A stretch of 64,000 nucleotides of DNA, taken from Bacteroidota bacterium. Lineage in GTDB: Bacteria; Bacteroidota; Ignavibacteria; UBA10030. The notes below the pieces were generated by a model. That model did no database searches and was not told the origin of the DNA. It saw only the letters and a list, made by a program, of their open reading frames with translations. The translations under genes and the position numbers were made by a program. Shown piece by piece: positions 9,283 through 18,702 of this stretch. Location: the NCBI GenBank assembly GCA_049522195.1, contig JBEKOB010000009.1, positions 1,953 through 65,952 on the forward strand, written 5' to 3'. Every line of letters begins with the position of its first letter. Position 1 is the stretch's first letter.

Positions 9283-9382
9283 GTGTAAAATGAGATGAAG
9301 GAGCAAGATCGTGAGACGTGAAACGTAAAAAGTAAGACGGGAAACGATTGCCTCGTCTCCCGTCTACCATCTCACTTCTACT
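9283..9382. repeat. Inverted pair of heptamer tracts without cargo
   Basis: GTGAGAC GTGAAAC GTAAAAA GTAAGAC GGGAAAC, 9 nt, then GTCTCCC GTCTACC ATCTCAC TTCTACT. Confidence 0.75.
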
Positions 9383-9384
9383 CT

Positions 9385-10842
9385 TTAGTTCACGTTTTTC
9401 AGAATCTCGAGCAAGTAACGCCAGAACTTGTCAACGGTATCGATATAGATCTTCTCGTCCGGCGAATGAACGGCCTGCAGCGTCGGTCCGAAGGAAACCA
9501 TGTCGATGCCCGGATATTTCTCACCGATGATGCCGCATTCGAGTCCTGCATGAATCGCCTTGACAGCCGGTTCCTTGCCATACAGTGACTTATACGTCGC
9601 CTTCGCAGTTTTCAGTATCGGGGAATCGAGATTCGGCTTCCAACCCGGATACCCTTCGTTGAGTTCGACTTTGGCGCCGCCGAGCTCGAACACGCAACCG
9701 ACCATCTGGCAGACTTCAACGATCTCCGATGCAACTGAACTGCGCTGGCTTGTGATGAGAGATATCTTTCCTTTTTCGGTGCGGATAACAGCGACATTTG
9801 TTGATGTCTCGACCAAGCCAGGGATGTCCGCGCTCATCTTGATGACACCATGCGGCAACGCTGAGATCGTCTTCATCACCAATGCCTGCTGTTGCTTCTT
9901 GACCACCTTCCCCTTTTTCACATCTTTACGCACTTCGAATTCAATCGCAAGATCCGGTTCCACACTTGCCAGCTCTGCCTTCGCGGTATGCTCGTATGCC
10001 GCCACAACTTTCTTCGCCTGACTCAACTTTGCTGCGGGGATGTAAACCAAAGCCTCGGATTCGCGAGGAATCGCGTTGCTCTTGTTGCCCCCCTCAATAT
10101 TCGCAAGCCGCACACCGAGGTCGCCCAACGCAAGCAGCACGCGGTTCAATATTTTAATGGAATTGCCACGACCCTTATCAATTTCCAGCCCCGAATGTCC
10201 CCCCTTCAACCCCTTCACGCGGATCACCGTGCAGACAGTCTTTCCCGGTGCATTTTCAAATGCGACTTTCCACGTACCGGTGGTGTTTCTTCCACCTGAG
10301 CAACCGACATACAGTTCACCCTCTTCCTCCGAATCAAGGTTCATCAGAATTTTGCTCTGGACAAATCCCGGCTTCAGGTTGGTCGCACCGGTTAACCCGG
10401 TTTCCTCGTCGATCGTGAAGAGGAACTCCAGCGGCCCGTGGACAAGCGACTTGTCTTCCATGATCGCCAGATTTGTGGCAACTGCGACCCCATTGTCCGC
10501 TCCAAGGGTTGTCCCATTTGCCATCATGACATTTCCGTTGCGGACAAGTTCGATCGGGTCTTTTTCAAAATCGTGGACCTTATCCTTGTTCTTCTCGCAG
10601 ACCATGTCGAGATGGCCCTGGAGGCACACCATTGGACGATTCTCGTATCCTGGCGACGCCGGCTTTCGGACGACGACGGTCAGGAACTTGTCCTGTTTTG
10701 CTTCAAGGCCGAACTCCTTGGCTTTCTGCATTACATACGCTGCGATTTGTTTCTCATTCTTCGACCCGCGTGGAATCTTGCTGATCTCAGCAAAATACTT
10801 CCACACGCCTTCAGGCTTCAAACCTTCAATTGGGTTTGGCAT
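9385..10842 (-). CDS. pepD: Aminoacyl-histidine (cytosol non-specific) dipeptidase PepD, M20
   Basis: LQGHLDMVCEK, TTLGADNG, DEETGLTGA, NLDSEEEG, GGHSG, IHAGLECG, HSPDE. Confidence 0.95.
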   Translation of the reverse strand: MPNPIEGLKPEGVWKYFAEISKIPRGSKNEKQIAAYVMQKAKEFGLEAKQDKFLTVVVRKPASPGYENRPMVCLQGHLDMVCEKNKDKVHDFEKDPIELVRNGNVMMANGTTLGADNGVAVATNLAIMEDKSLVHGPLEFLFTIDEETGLTGATNLKPGFVQSKILMNLDSEEEGELYVGCSGGRNTTGTWKVAFENAPGKTVCTVIRVKGLKGGHSGLEIDKGRGNSIKILNRVLLALGDLGVRLANIEGGNKSNAIPRESEALVYIPAAKLSQAKKVVAAYEHTAKAELASVEPDLAIEFEVRKDVKKGKVVKKQQQALVMKTISALPHGVIKMSADIPGLVETSTNVAVIRTEKGKISLITSQRSSVASEIVEVCQMVGCVFELGGAKVELNEGYPGWKPNLDSPILKTAKATYKSLYGKEPAVKAIHAGLECGIIGEKYPGIDMVSFGPTLQAVHSPDEKIYIDTVDKFWRYLLEILKNVN

Positions 10843-10865
10843 TGGTAGATCTCCTTAAGAATTCG

Positions 10866-11234
10866 TTATTGCTGAGCACTTGTTACTATATCGTAAAGGT
10901 TCACAAGATCCGATTTCTCCAGCATCAGAAGAAATTTCCGAATGCGCTCCTGAGCGGAGGCTGCAGTTTCCCCAAACTCGGCTGTCATCTTGTCCGATAT
11001 CTCGGCAACCGTCGTCTTGCCATCGCACATTTTCCAGACGAAACTGCCAAGGGCATCCAGCTTGACGCGCACAACGGGATACCTCATATGGGGCACAAGC
11101 CACCGCACCAAGAGTTCATTACGGAATTTCGGCACCAGGACGACGATGCATCCGTTCTCCCCCGTCTCCCAAGGAACACACTGTACGGGAGTAAGTTCCA
11201 AGAGGTTGACTGATTTCCGCGATTTACGTCCCAT
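10866..11234 (-). CDS. PqqD-family (RRE-like) small protein
   Basis: VKLDALGSFVWKMCDGKTTVAEISDKM...FGE...ERIRKFLLMLEKSDLV is a PqqD winged-helix pattern. Confidence 0.8.
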   Translation of the reverse strand: MGRKSRKSVNLLELTPVQCVPWETGENGCIVVLVPKFRNELLVRWLVPHMRYPVVRVKLDALGSFVWKMCDGKTTVAEISDKMTAEFGETAASAQERIRKFLLMLEKSDLVNLYDIVTSAQQ

Positions 11235-11264
11235 TCAAGTTGGCTGCCGAACCGCTATGACAAA

Positions 11265-11300
11265 ATGAGCGGAGCAAACCTTGTGGCCTTACTCCGCTCA
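11265..11300 (-). terminator. Hairpin or weak terminator between the OPT and PqqD-like genes
   Basis: TGAGCGGAG...CTCCGCTCA followed by TTTTG on the minus strand. Confidence 0.5.
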
Positions 11301-11321
11301 ACATCAATTCACATCAATCGA

Positions 11322-13430
11322 TTACATCATTGCCGTTGGAGGAGCCGGCTCATCCGGAGAGCCAGCCTTCTTGATCGGAACAAAGATCAAATAGCTCGCC
11401 AGAACGGCGAAGAACGCGATCGCCATGTACGGAGCGACATCATTGAATGCCTCGATAGCCCAGAACTCGGGCTTTTTGCCCATCTGGTCGAAGATGAACA
11501 CGACCGCAGCAATGAACAACCCCATCAATGCCTCCCCTGCGATCAATCCCGACGCAGCAAGGATTCCCGCATTCTCAACTCGAGCCTTCTGTGCGTCGTT
11601 GAATCCTTTCTTCTTTGCCCGCTTATCGACCACTCCGCGGATAAGGCCGCCGATGAAGATTGCGAAGGTCGTCCCAAGTGGAAGGTACATGCCGACGGAG
11701 AACAGCATTGGGCTCCGTACCTTGATGAGGATCAGTACGAATCCCATTGCGATTCCAACGATGACCAACGGCCATGCCATCTCACCTCCGACAATTCCCT
11801 GAGACAGAGCTGCCATCAAGCCGGCCTGAGGAGCAGGTAGGTTTTTGCTTCCGAAGCCTCCTGTCAGCGGATTCAGAGCCAGATCTGAATTGTGAAGAAC
11901 ATAGAGCGGGAAGAACATCACAAGTCCTGCGAGAATGACGCCAATGATGTCACCGATCTGCATCTTCCAAGGCGTTCCTCCGAGGATATGTCCAACTTTC
12001 AAATCCTGCAGCATCTCGCCCGCGACAGCAGACGAGACACAAACGACCGCTGCAACTCCGAGAACCGCTGCAACTCCCTGAACGCCCTTGACTCCGATAA
12101 TTACCATCGTCAGTGCAGCGACGACAGTAGTGGCAAGCGTCAGACCTGAAATGGGATTATTGGAGGAACCAATCATGCCAACAAGGTTGCCCGAGACCGC
12201 GGCGAAGAAGAAACCGGTGACGAGCATAACTATCGCAGCCAGGATCGCTCCACCGATAGCCTGCGTGAAGTAGAAATACAGCGCGATCATAAGCAGGAAG
12301 ACAACCGCGATCCCGAGAAGCACCACTCGGAAGGAAAGGTCTTTCTCGGTCCGGAGCGTCGTCGCTTCCGAAGAAGCCGCCTTCCGAACGTCTGCGACAC
12401 CTCGCTTGATTCCAAGGACGAGGTTCTTGCGCATCCGCCACAACGTGAAACAGGCTCCGACGAGCATACCACCGACAGCGATTGGTCGCACGATGTATCT
12501 GTACAGATGGCCTGTCAACGCCGGCCAGTTTTGGTACCCGTCAGCAGCCGTGTACTTGTCGATCATATGCGGCCCCAGGAAAAACACCAGGAGAGGAACG
12601 AAGAGACCCCATGCCAGCAGTCCGCCGGCGAAGTTGAGTGCACCCAGCTCGGGACCTATGATGTATCCTACGCCGATGTAGGCAGGCGTGATGTCAGGGG
12701 CAGAGAATGTCGTGATCCCACCTGCAGGGACAATATTCGCGTCTTTGGTGAGACCGAGTCGGACGAGGCTTTCTTTTAGCTTGCCAACGGGGATTTGAAA
12801 GGCGTTTTGATAGAAGAAAACGCCGAGTCCGTCTTTAGTGCCAATTTCAGCCCTCGAAAGAAGCTTCACCAGCGCTCCGACACCCATCGCCCTGAAAAGC
12901 TGCATAGCGGCTTCGGTCCCGCGCTGTCCCGCTTTGTGAATCTCGCTTGCCGCGACCGATTCGGGAAACGGCAGTGAGTGGTCTTCAACCATGACCTTGC
13001 GCAGAATCGTTACGAACATGATTCCGAGAATACCGCCGAGAATCATCAATGCGCTCGCGGTGAGATACTCGCTTAGCATATTCGCGGTGTCGAACTTCCA
13101 GAGCTGGAGCACGACAAACGCGGGGATCGTGAAGATCGCGCCGGCCGCAACGGACTCTCCAATCGAGCCGACGGTACGGGCGAAGTTCTCTTCAAGAAGC
13201 GAGCCCTTGTAGATCCGCAGGATTGCCATGCCGATGACTGCAGCCGGGTACGTCGCAGCAATCGTCATGCCTGCTTTCAAGCCGAGGTACGCATTCGCCG
13301 CTCCGAGAATGACGCACATGATCAGGCCGATGATCAGTGCGCGGAGGGTGAACTCCTTCATGTCGGTCTCAACAGGAACGAACGGTCTGAATGCCGGTTC
13401 GCCCCCGCCACCGCTCTTCGTATCTGCCAT
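11322..13430 (-). CDS. OPT family oligopeptide transporter
   Basis: ANAYLGLKAGMT, LPFPESVA, GSSNNPISG, LQDLKVGHILGGTP, LPAPQA, SGLIAGEAL. Confidence 0.95.
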   Translation of the reverse strand: MADTKSGGGGEPAFRPFVPVETDMKEFTLRALIIGLIMCVILGAANAYLGLKAGMTIAATYPAAVIGMAILRIYKGSLLEENFARTVGSIGESVAAGAIFTIPAFVVLQLWKFDTANMLSEYLTASALMILGGILGIMFVTILRKVMVEDHSLPFPESVAASEIHKAGQRGTEAAMQLFRAMGVGALVKLLSRAEIGTKDGLGVFFYQNAFQIPVGKLKESLVRLGLTKDANIVPAGGITTFSAPDITPAYIGVGYIIGPELGALNFAGGLLAWGLFVPLLVFFLGPHMIDKYTAADGYQNWPALTGHLYRYIVRPIAVGGMLVGACFTLWRMRKNLVLGIKRGVADVRKAASSEATTLRTEKDLSFRVVLLGIAVVFLLMIALYFYFTQAIGGAILAAIVMLVTGFFFAAVSGNLVGMIGSSNNPISGLTLATTVVAALTMVIIGVKGVQGVAAVLGVAAVVCVSSAVAGEMLQDLKVGHILGGTPWKMQIGDIIGVILAGLVMFFPLYVLHNSDLALNPLTGGFGSKNLPAPQAGLMAALSQGIVGGEMAWPLVIVGIAMGFVLILIKVRSPMLFSVGMYLPLGTTFAIFIGGLIRGVVDKRAKKKGFNDAQKARVENAGILAASGLIAGEALMGLFIAAVVFIFDQMGKKPEFWAIEAFNDVAPYMAIAFFAVLASYLIFVPIKKAGSPDEPAPPTAMM

Positions 13431-13467
13431 ATCAGTCTCCTTCGCTTAGGGTTTAGAGAAAACTGGG

Positions 13468-14367
13468 TCAACGAATGAAAATCGCCTTGGTGATGTACCA
13501 CGCCATCGCAGGGTTTTCTTTCAGACGGCGGGTCGAGTAAGCATACCATTGTTCTCCGTACGGCACGTAAACGCGCAGCCTGTGTCCGGCCTTCACTATA
13601 TCATCACGTCGCGTTTCGCGCACGCCGAGGAGCATCTGAAACTCGTATTGCGTTGGTTTCATACCGAGCTTTTGGATAAGCGTCATCGCTCCGTCAATGA
13701 GAAAGTCGTCGTGCGTCGCGATTCCGACATACGATCCCCCCTCAAGAATGATCTGCAACAACTTCAGATAATTGTCGCGAATCTCCTGGCGACCTTTGTA
13801 CGCAATCGACGGCGATTCATTATAAATGCCTTTGCACAGACGGAAGTTCGCACCTTCCTTAACCAATGAGCGCACATCAGATTCGCTCCGGTGCAGGTAT
13901 GCCTGTGTGACAACACCGGTGTTGGAAAATCCCTCACGACGCATCTTGCGGTATATCTCGAGAGTGTTGTCAGTAGTCTGTGCATCCTCCATGTCGATCC
14001 GGACGAAATTCCCGAGTTTTCGGGCTTCCTCGAGGATCATGCGGATATTCTGGAGCCCCAAATCTTTATCGATGCTCAACCCGAGCTGCGTAGGTTTTAT
14101 CGATACGTTGGAGTTGAGAGCATTCTTATGGATGGCCTGGAGAATTGGCAGGATGTTATCACGAACCGCCTGCGCCTCACGGGCATCTTTCACGTCCTCG
14201 CCCAGGAGGTCCATGGTCGTCATCATACCCGCCTGATTGAGCCGTTTGACAGTCTGGAGACCATCGGCGAGAGTCGTGCCGGCAATATACCGTCGCGCGA
14301 CACGGCCCACGATGGCCTTCGGGATCAACGGCATCGCAGTTACAATGAACTTATTCAGAAGGGACAT
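13468..14367 (-). CDS. Monofunctional proline dehydrogenase
   Basis: RYIAG, DLLGE, RIDMED, RLCKGIY, IATHD, EFQMLLG, YVPYG, RRLKENP. Confidence 0.95.
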   Translation of the reverse strand: MSLLNKFIVTAMPLIPKAIVGRVARRYIAGTTLADGLQTVKRLNQAGMMTTMDLLGEDVKDAREAQAVRDNILPILQAIHKNALNSNVSIKPTQLGLSIDKDLGLQNIRMILEEARKLGNFVRIDMEDAQTTDNTLEIYRKMRREGFSNTGVVTQAYLHRSESDVRSLVKEGANFRLCKGIYNESPSIAYKGRQEIRDNYLKLLQIILEGGSYVGIATHDDFLIDGAMTLIQKLGMKPTQYEFQMLLGVRETRRDDIVKAGHRLRVYVPYGEQWYAYSTRRLKENPAMAWYITKAIFIR

Positions 14368-14461
14368 AGAAGATATTCAATGAGTGAACAACGCGGAAGG
14401 AATGCAGCGAAAGATGTGCAGTGTGCAAATATCAGAGCTGCAGACCCAATACGGCGGAAAA

Positions 14462-14490
14462 AAGATAGCCACACAACCCAAGAAAAGCAA
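14462..14490 (-). promoter_or_regulatory. Candidate sigma70-type promoter for the PRODH-OPT block
   Basis: TTGCTT-N17-TATCTT. Confidence 0.5.
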
Positions 14491-14523
14491 CTAAAAAGCC
14501 CTTCATCCCTGCTTCGATCATCG

Positions 14524-15879
14524 TCAGAAGTGGACCACAAATCCTACTCTTGGCTCAATTCGTTTCTGCGACTCATAGCCGGTGACCTTTCCTGTCGCCT
14601 GATCGTGAACTTCGGCAAACGTCCATTGATACAGAATCGATACGACAAGATACGGGAGAGGTTTATATCCTGCTTGTGCGTATAAGAGCGAGTTGTTATC
14701 AAGTTTGAAAATGGATCCCACATTCTTCTTGTCATAGCCAGCATTGAGAAGAATGCCTGGAAGGGCAGTCAGCGTCTCGAGTTCGAGATGAAGTGTGCCG
14801 CCATTCGGCTGTCCGACCGGCGCCTGATATCCACCAAGAATATTGAAGGTGTTGAGAATGCTGATCAGCAATTCTCCAAAATAGCCCTCATACGATTGCG
14901 CACCTTTCAGCATCTGGGCCTTGCTTGTGAACCTCGTCGTGTCGAGACGCTGGTATCGGTCTCGCTCGTAGAATGCATCGAAGTAGGATGGAATGAAGTG
15001 ATTTCCGACAAACCTTCTCTCGTATTTCGCGTCGAGTGTCAGTAGGCCGAGTCCCCTTAATTCAAGATTGAGCCCGACTGCTTCACCACTGCCGTACGTA
15101 AGTATTTTCGCGTAGTCCGCGTACAGAGTTGAGTGGACAACTTCATGCGAGAGAAGCGGGAAACCGATGTCAGCCCCGACAATTGAAAGAGCCCCGTTTC
15201 CCTGGGCGCTCCGAATACTCCCCAGCGCGTCTCCCCACGTTTGATTCGCGTTCGCGTTAAGGTCCGAAGCGAAGGTCACTCCCGTTTCGAGCTTGCCTAT
15301 GATCGGAATCGGCGCAGCGTCGGTGAACTGCAAAGGCCTGGTGTAACCACGAATCCCGAGGATTCCTCTTCCCGCGATATCGCTGTACATCGACTCAAAG
15401 CCGACCTTCTGAAAATCGGCGTCAAACTCAACTCCCACTTTCCTCAGGTCATAGCTCGCCGTGTTCCGATACATATAGATGATGGATCCATGACCAATCC
15501 GTGAGTAATCCAGTGCACCTACGCGGGCATACCATGGGTCATGCTTTGTGCCATACCGGACATAACGAATAAGCTGGACGTAACTGTACGCGTTTTTGAA
15601 ATCCTCGTGCCGGATCTTTCCATCTTCTCCAACCCGGACGTTGATATCGAGTCCGACGCCGATCTTCCCAAAAGAGACCTCGGGAGTAAGATGAAAGAGA
15701 TAGTACGGTTTTCCATCGATAAACGTCATTCCGACGCCGCCGGTGATCGTCTGTTGATCCTGCAATGCTGAGAGTTGTGAGGGTTGCTGAAGAGGTGACT
15801 GAGCGGACAAATGATGGAGAGGGAGGATCAAAATTCCGCTCAACAGGATCAGAAATATGAGGACGGAATTTAATTTCAC
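14524..15879 (-). CDS. Hypothetical protein, probable outer-membrane beta-barrel
   Basis: Signal peptide, alternating amphipathic strands, terminal ...RVGFVVHF; GTG start abuts the spmB stop. Confidence 0.6.
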   Translation of the reverse strand: MKLNSVLIFLILLSGILILPLHHLSAQSPLQQPSQLSALQDQQTITGGVGMTFIDGKPYYLFHLTPEVSFGKIGVGLDINVRVGEDGKIRHEDFKNAYSYVQLIRYVRYGTKHDPWYARVGALDYSRIGHGSIIYMYRNTASYDLRKVGVEFDADFQKVGFESMYSDIAGRGILGIRGYTRPLQFTDAAPIPIIGKLETGVTFASDLNANANQTWGDALGSIRSAQGNGALSIVGADIGFPLLSHEVVHSTLYADYAKILTYGSGEAVGLNLELRGLGLLTLDAKYERRFVGNHFIPSYFDAFYERDRYQRLDTTRFTSKAQMLKGAQSYEGYFGELLISILNTFNILGGYQAPVGQPNGGTLHLELETLTALPGILLNAGYDKKNVGSIFKLDNNSLLYAQAGYKPLPYLVVSILYQWTFAEVHDQATGKVTGYESQKRIEPRVGFVVHF

Positions 15880-16428
15880 TCAGGCACCGAACAGTATGCG
15901 GCAGATCAGAACTGCACCGAGCATGCCAAAGACATCTGCAATCAGTCCGGCCGGGACCGCGTGGCGCGTGTTCTTGATCTGGACCGAGCCAAAATAGACG
16001 GCGAGGACATAAAACGTTGTCTCTGAGCTGCCGTACATCGTCGATGCAAGAATTCCGATAAACGAATCGGGGCCATGGACTTTCATAAGCTCCGTCATGA
16101 TCCCGAGCGATCCGCTTCCCGAGAGGGGTCTCATCAACGCCATCGGAAGCGTTTCGGGCGGCATGCCGATAAGGTTTGTGGCAGGCGCGAGGACGGTGGT
16201 CAGTAATTCCATGGCGCCGCTTGCGCGGAAAATTCCGATAGCGCACAGCATCGCCACTAGATATGGGATAATGCGAACAGCAGTGGTAAAACCGTCTTTC
16301 GCTCCTTCGACGAACACTTCATAGACCCGGACTTTCTTGACGATACCCCATCCAAGGAAAATGAAGAGCAAGAGCGGGATCGCAACGATGGAGATCGTGT
16401 TGATGATAGCACGGAAGAGATCACCCAT
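15880..16428 (-). CDS. spmB: SpmB-family (nucleoside recognition/gate) membrane protein
   Basis: VYEVFVEGAKDG, PYLVAML, RPLSGSGS, GSSETTFYVLAVYFG. Confidence 0.9.
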   Translation of the reverse strand: MGDLFRAIINTISIVAIPLLLFIFLGWGIVKKVRVYEVFVEGAKDGFTTAVRIIPYLVAMLCAIGIFRASGAMELLTTVLAPATNLIGMPPETLPMALMRPLSGSGSLGIMTELMKVHGPDSFIGILASTMYGSSETTFYVLAVYFGSVQIKNTRHAVPAGLIADVFGMLGAVLICRILFGA

Positions 16429-17422
16429 GGGATGCCTCCTTTCCCGGCTCCGTCTCAAAATCCTTTCTGTACCGCGGAAGCCTCTGGAGGAGCTTGGCCG
16501 CTGTCACACCGGCAACCGTTGCGCACATGGCGCCGAAGATCGACGTACCAATGATAATTCCGGGATTCGCTGAACCTGCCGACGCGCGCACAGCGATGGC
16601 GGTCGCTGGGATCAGTATCAGTCCTCCTGTGTTGATGGTCAGAAAGGTGACCATCGAGTTGGTGGCAGTCCCCGCCTTCGGATTGAGTTTGTTCAGTTCC
16701 TCCATCGCTTTCAGGCCGAGAGGGGTCGCTGCGTTGCTGAGGCCGAGCATGTTGGCCGCGATATTCATGATCATGGCACCAATCGCAGGATGGTCGGTGG
16801 GGATATCGGGGAACAATCGTTTGGTGACGGGCGTGAGCATCCTGGTGACAATCTTCAGGAGGCCGGCTTCCTCGGCGACCTTCATCACACCCAACCATAG
16901 CGCCATGATACCGATGAGGCCGAGAGCAATCGTCACTGCCGTCGTTGCATAATCGAGCGCTGCCTGCGTCACGGCCTTCATCTTGACAAAGCGGATGGGT
17001 TCAATGACGACCTGGACTCTGGCAGTCTGCTGGTCCGGCGCTACGGTCATCGATCGTACAGACCCGGTCAGTTTATCCTTGTTCGCAGCAGACTTTGCCA
17101 TGTCCTTCCAGCGATCCGGCGTTGCCGGGCCGATGGGAACAGCGATCGGCGACTCTCCCGCAGAGACCACGCCAATTACGACCGGCTGGTGTATTTCGGA
17201 GGTGGCTGTTGTGACACCGTAGAAGGCATTGAACGTCTCGGCCGTGAGCACGAGGTCCCCTTCCCACGTTTGTCGCAGAGGCGTGGGAGACTTCTGGATG
17301 ACGAGGGAGGCCTCAATCGGAACGCCGTTCCGATACGTGTTCTGCACTTCGTCGCGCACATCATTTCCCACTGCAACAAGAATGCCTATTGCAATGAGCG
17401 AGATCCAAATGTAGTTGAGCAT
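16421..17422 (-). CDS. spmA: SpmA-family membrane protein with a soluble insertion
   Basis: MLNYIW, ALWLGVMKVAE, NMLGLSNAATPLGLKAMEEL; about 120 aa hydrophilic insert after TM1. Confidence 0.9.
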   Translation of the reverse strand: MLNYIWISLIAIGILVAVGNDVRDEVQNTYRNGVPIEASLVIQKSPTPLRQTWEGDLVLTAETFNAFYGVTTATSEIHQPVVIGVVSAGESPIAVPIGPATPDRWKDMAKSAANKDKLTGSVRSMTVAPDQQTARVQVVIEPIRFVKMKAVTQAALDYATTAVTIALGLIGIMALWLGVMKVAEEAGLLKIVTRMLTPVTKRLFPDIPTDHPAIGAMIMNIAANMLGLSNAATPLGLKAMEELNKLNPKAGTATNSMVTFLTINTGGLILIPATAIAVRASAGSANPGIIIGTSIFGAMCATVAGVTAAKLLQRLPRYRKDFETEPGKEASHG

Positions 17423-17599
17423 AGATAGTGTCGTGATAGGAATTGGAATCGGATTGGCTGGGTGCGAGTAAAGCTAATTCTTTTCGTCCCAAAATCAAGA
17501 AGAAAGTCCCTCCGGAGCGGTTCATCCTCCTCCTTTGCTATGAACCGGGAAATCTGTATCTTACTTTGAACGCACGACGAATTCTTTTTGGGCGATCCG

Positions 17600-18682
17600 A
17601 TGGCCTCGCAAACTACAGACAACACTGCTGACATTCTCCAGGCAATTGAGCGTTTGATTGAAGAACGTGGGATCCGGATAGTTCATTCCGGTGTCAGATC
17701 GCTGAAAGATGTAATTTCCTCCCTCCCAGAATCAGTCCTGGTTCTTGAGCCCACCAACGGCGATACAACACTTCCAAGCATCTCGCGGGACCATCTCCTC
17801 ACTGAACTCGAGCAAATCGAGCGTGCGAGAACACTTCCGAGGGCCCGATACTATCTCGATCGACTCAGGCGCTCGCTCGTTGAGGTCAAGACTCGGAAAA
17901 TCAATGACATCAATCTGAACCGCTGGAAAGAGTACAAGACCATCCTGACTGACAGTCTGTGGCTGCTTGACAGGCGGGATGGAAGCGGCGGGCATTCGTC
18001 CTGGTATTGGGGGAATTTCGTCCCGCAGATCCCCCATCAGCTGATGATGCGCTACACCAGGTCAGGCGAGTGGGTACTTGATGCGTTCGCAGGGAGCGGA
18101 ACGACACTGCTTGAGGCCCGGTGTCTCGACCGAAAGTGCGTCGGGATTGAGCTTCAGGCATCTGTGGCGAGGAAGGTCCGGCAGGGATTGAAAAGGAATC
18201 ATTCCGGAAACGACACACCCACCATCGGCCTCGAGGTTGGCGACAGCAGAACGATCAATGTGAAGCAGGTCCTGCGAAAGTACGGAACGAACTCCGTTCA
18301 ACTGGTCATTCTCCATCCTCCCTACCACAACATCATTCGGTTCAGCAAGAACCGCCGTGATCTCTCCAATACCCGAACGGTGGAGGACTTCGCGGCGCAA
18401 TTTGGAAAAGTCGTCGATAACGTGACTCCGGCACTTGATCCTGGCCGAGTCCTGGCAGTGGTCATCGGCGACAAATATGAAAAAGGGGAATGGAAGCCGC
18501 TTGGCTTCATGGTGATGAGTGAGGTCTTGAAAAGGAACTACAAACTGAAGAGCATTGTCGTCAAGAACTTCGAGGATACGACAGGCAAGAGGAGTCAGAA
18601 AGAGCTGTGGCGGTTCCGCGCTCTTGCCGGCGGATTCTATCTTTTCAAGCATGAGTATATTTTCATTTTCCAAAAAGGCTAA
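17600..18682 (+). CDS. Amino (N4-C/N6-A) DNA methyltransferase
   Basis: GNFVPQIP, motif I VLDAFAGSGTT, motif IV HPPY, HEYIFIF. Confidence 0.85.
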   Translation: MASQTTDNTADILQAIERLIEERGIRIVHSGVRSLKDVISSLPESVLVLEPTNGDTTLPSISRDHLLTELEQIERARTLPRARYYLDRLRRSLVEVKTRKINDINLNRWKEYKTILTDSLWLLDRRDGSGGHSSWYWGNFVPQIPHQLMMRYTRSGEWVLDAFAGSGTTLLEARCLDRKCVGIELQASVARKVRQGLKRNHSGNDTPTIGLEVGDSRTINVKQVLRKYGTNSVQLVILHPPYHNIIRFSKNRRDLSNTRTVEDFAAQFGKVVDNVTPALDPGRVLAVVIGDKYEKGEWKPLGFMVMSEVLKRNYKLKSIVVKNFEDTTGKRSQKELWRFRALAGGFYLFKHEYIFIFQKG

Positions 18683-18702
18683 CTACGTGAAGGGCCTGGG
18701 CA

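Noticed and set aside
6483-13430. RiPP or PQQ biosynthetic cluster suggested by PqqD plus peptidases
   Set aside because: No precursor peptide, radical SAM enzyme, PqqB/C/E or other maturase is visible.
15880-17422. Sporulation capacity from spmA/spmB
   Set aside because: The family is widespread in non-sporulating bacteria, and no other sporulation genes are present.
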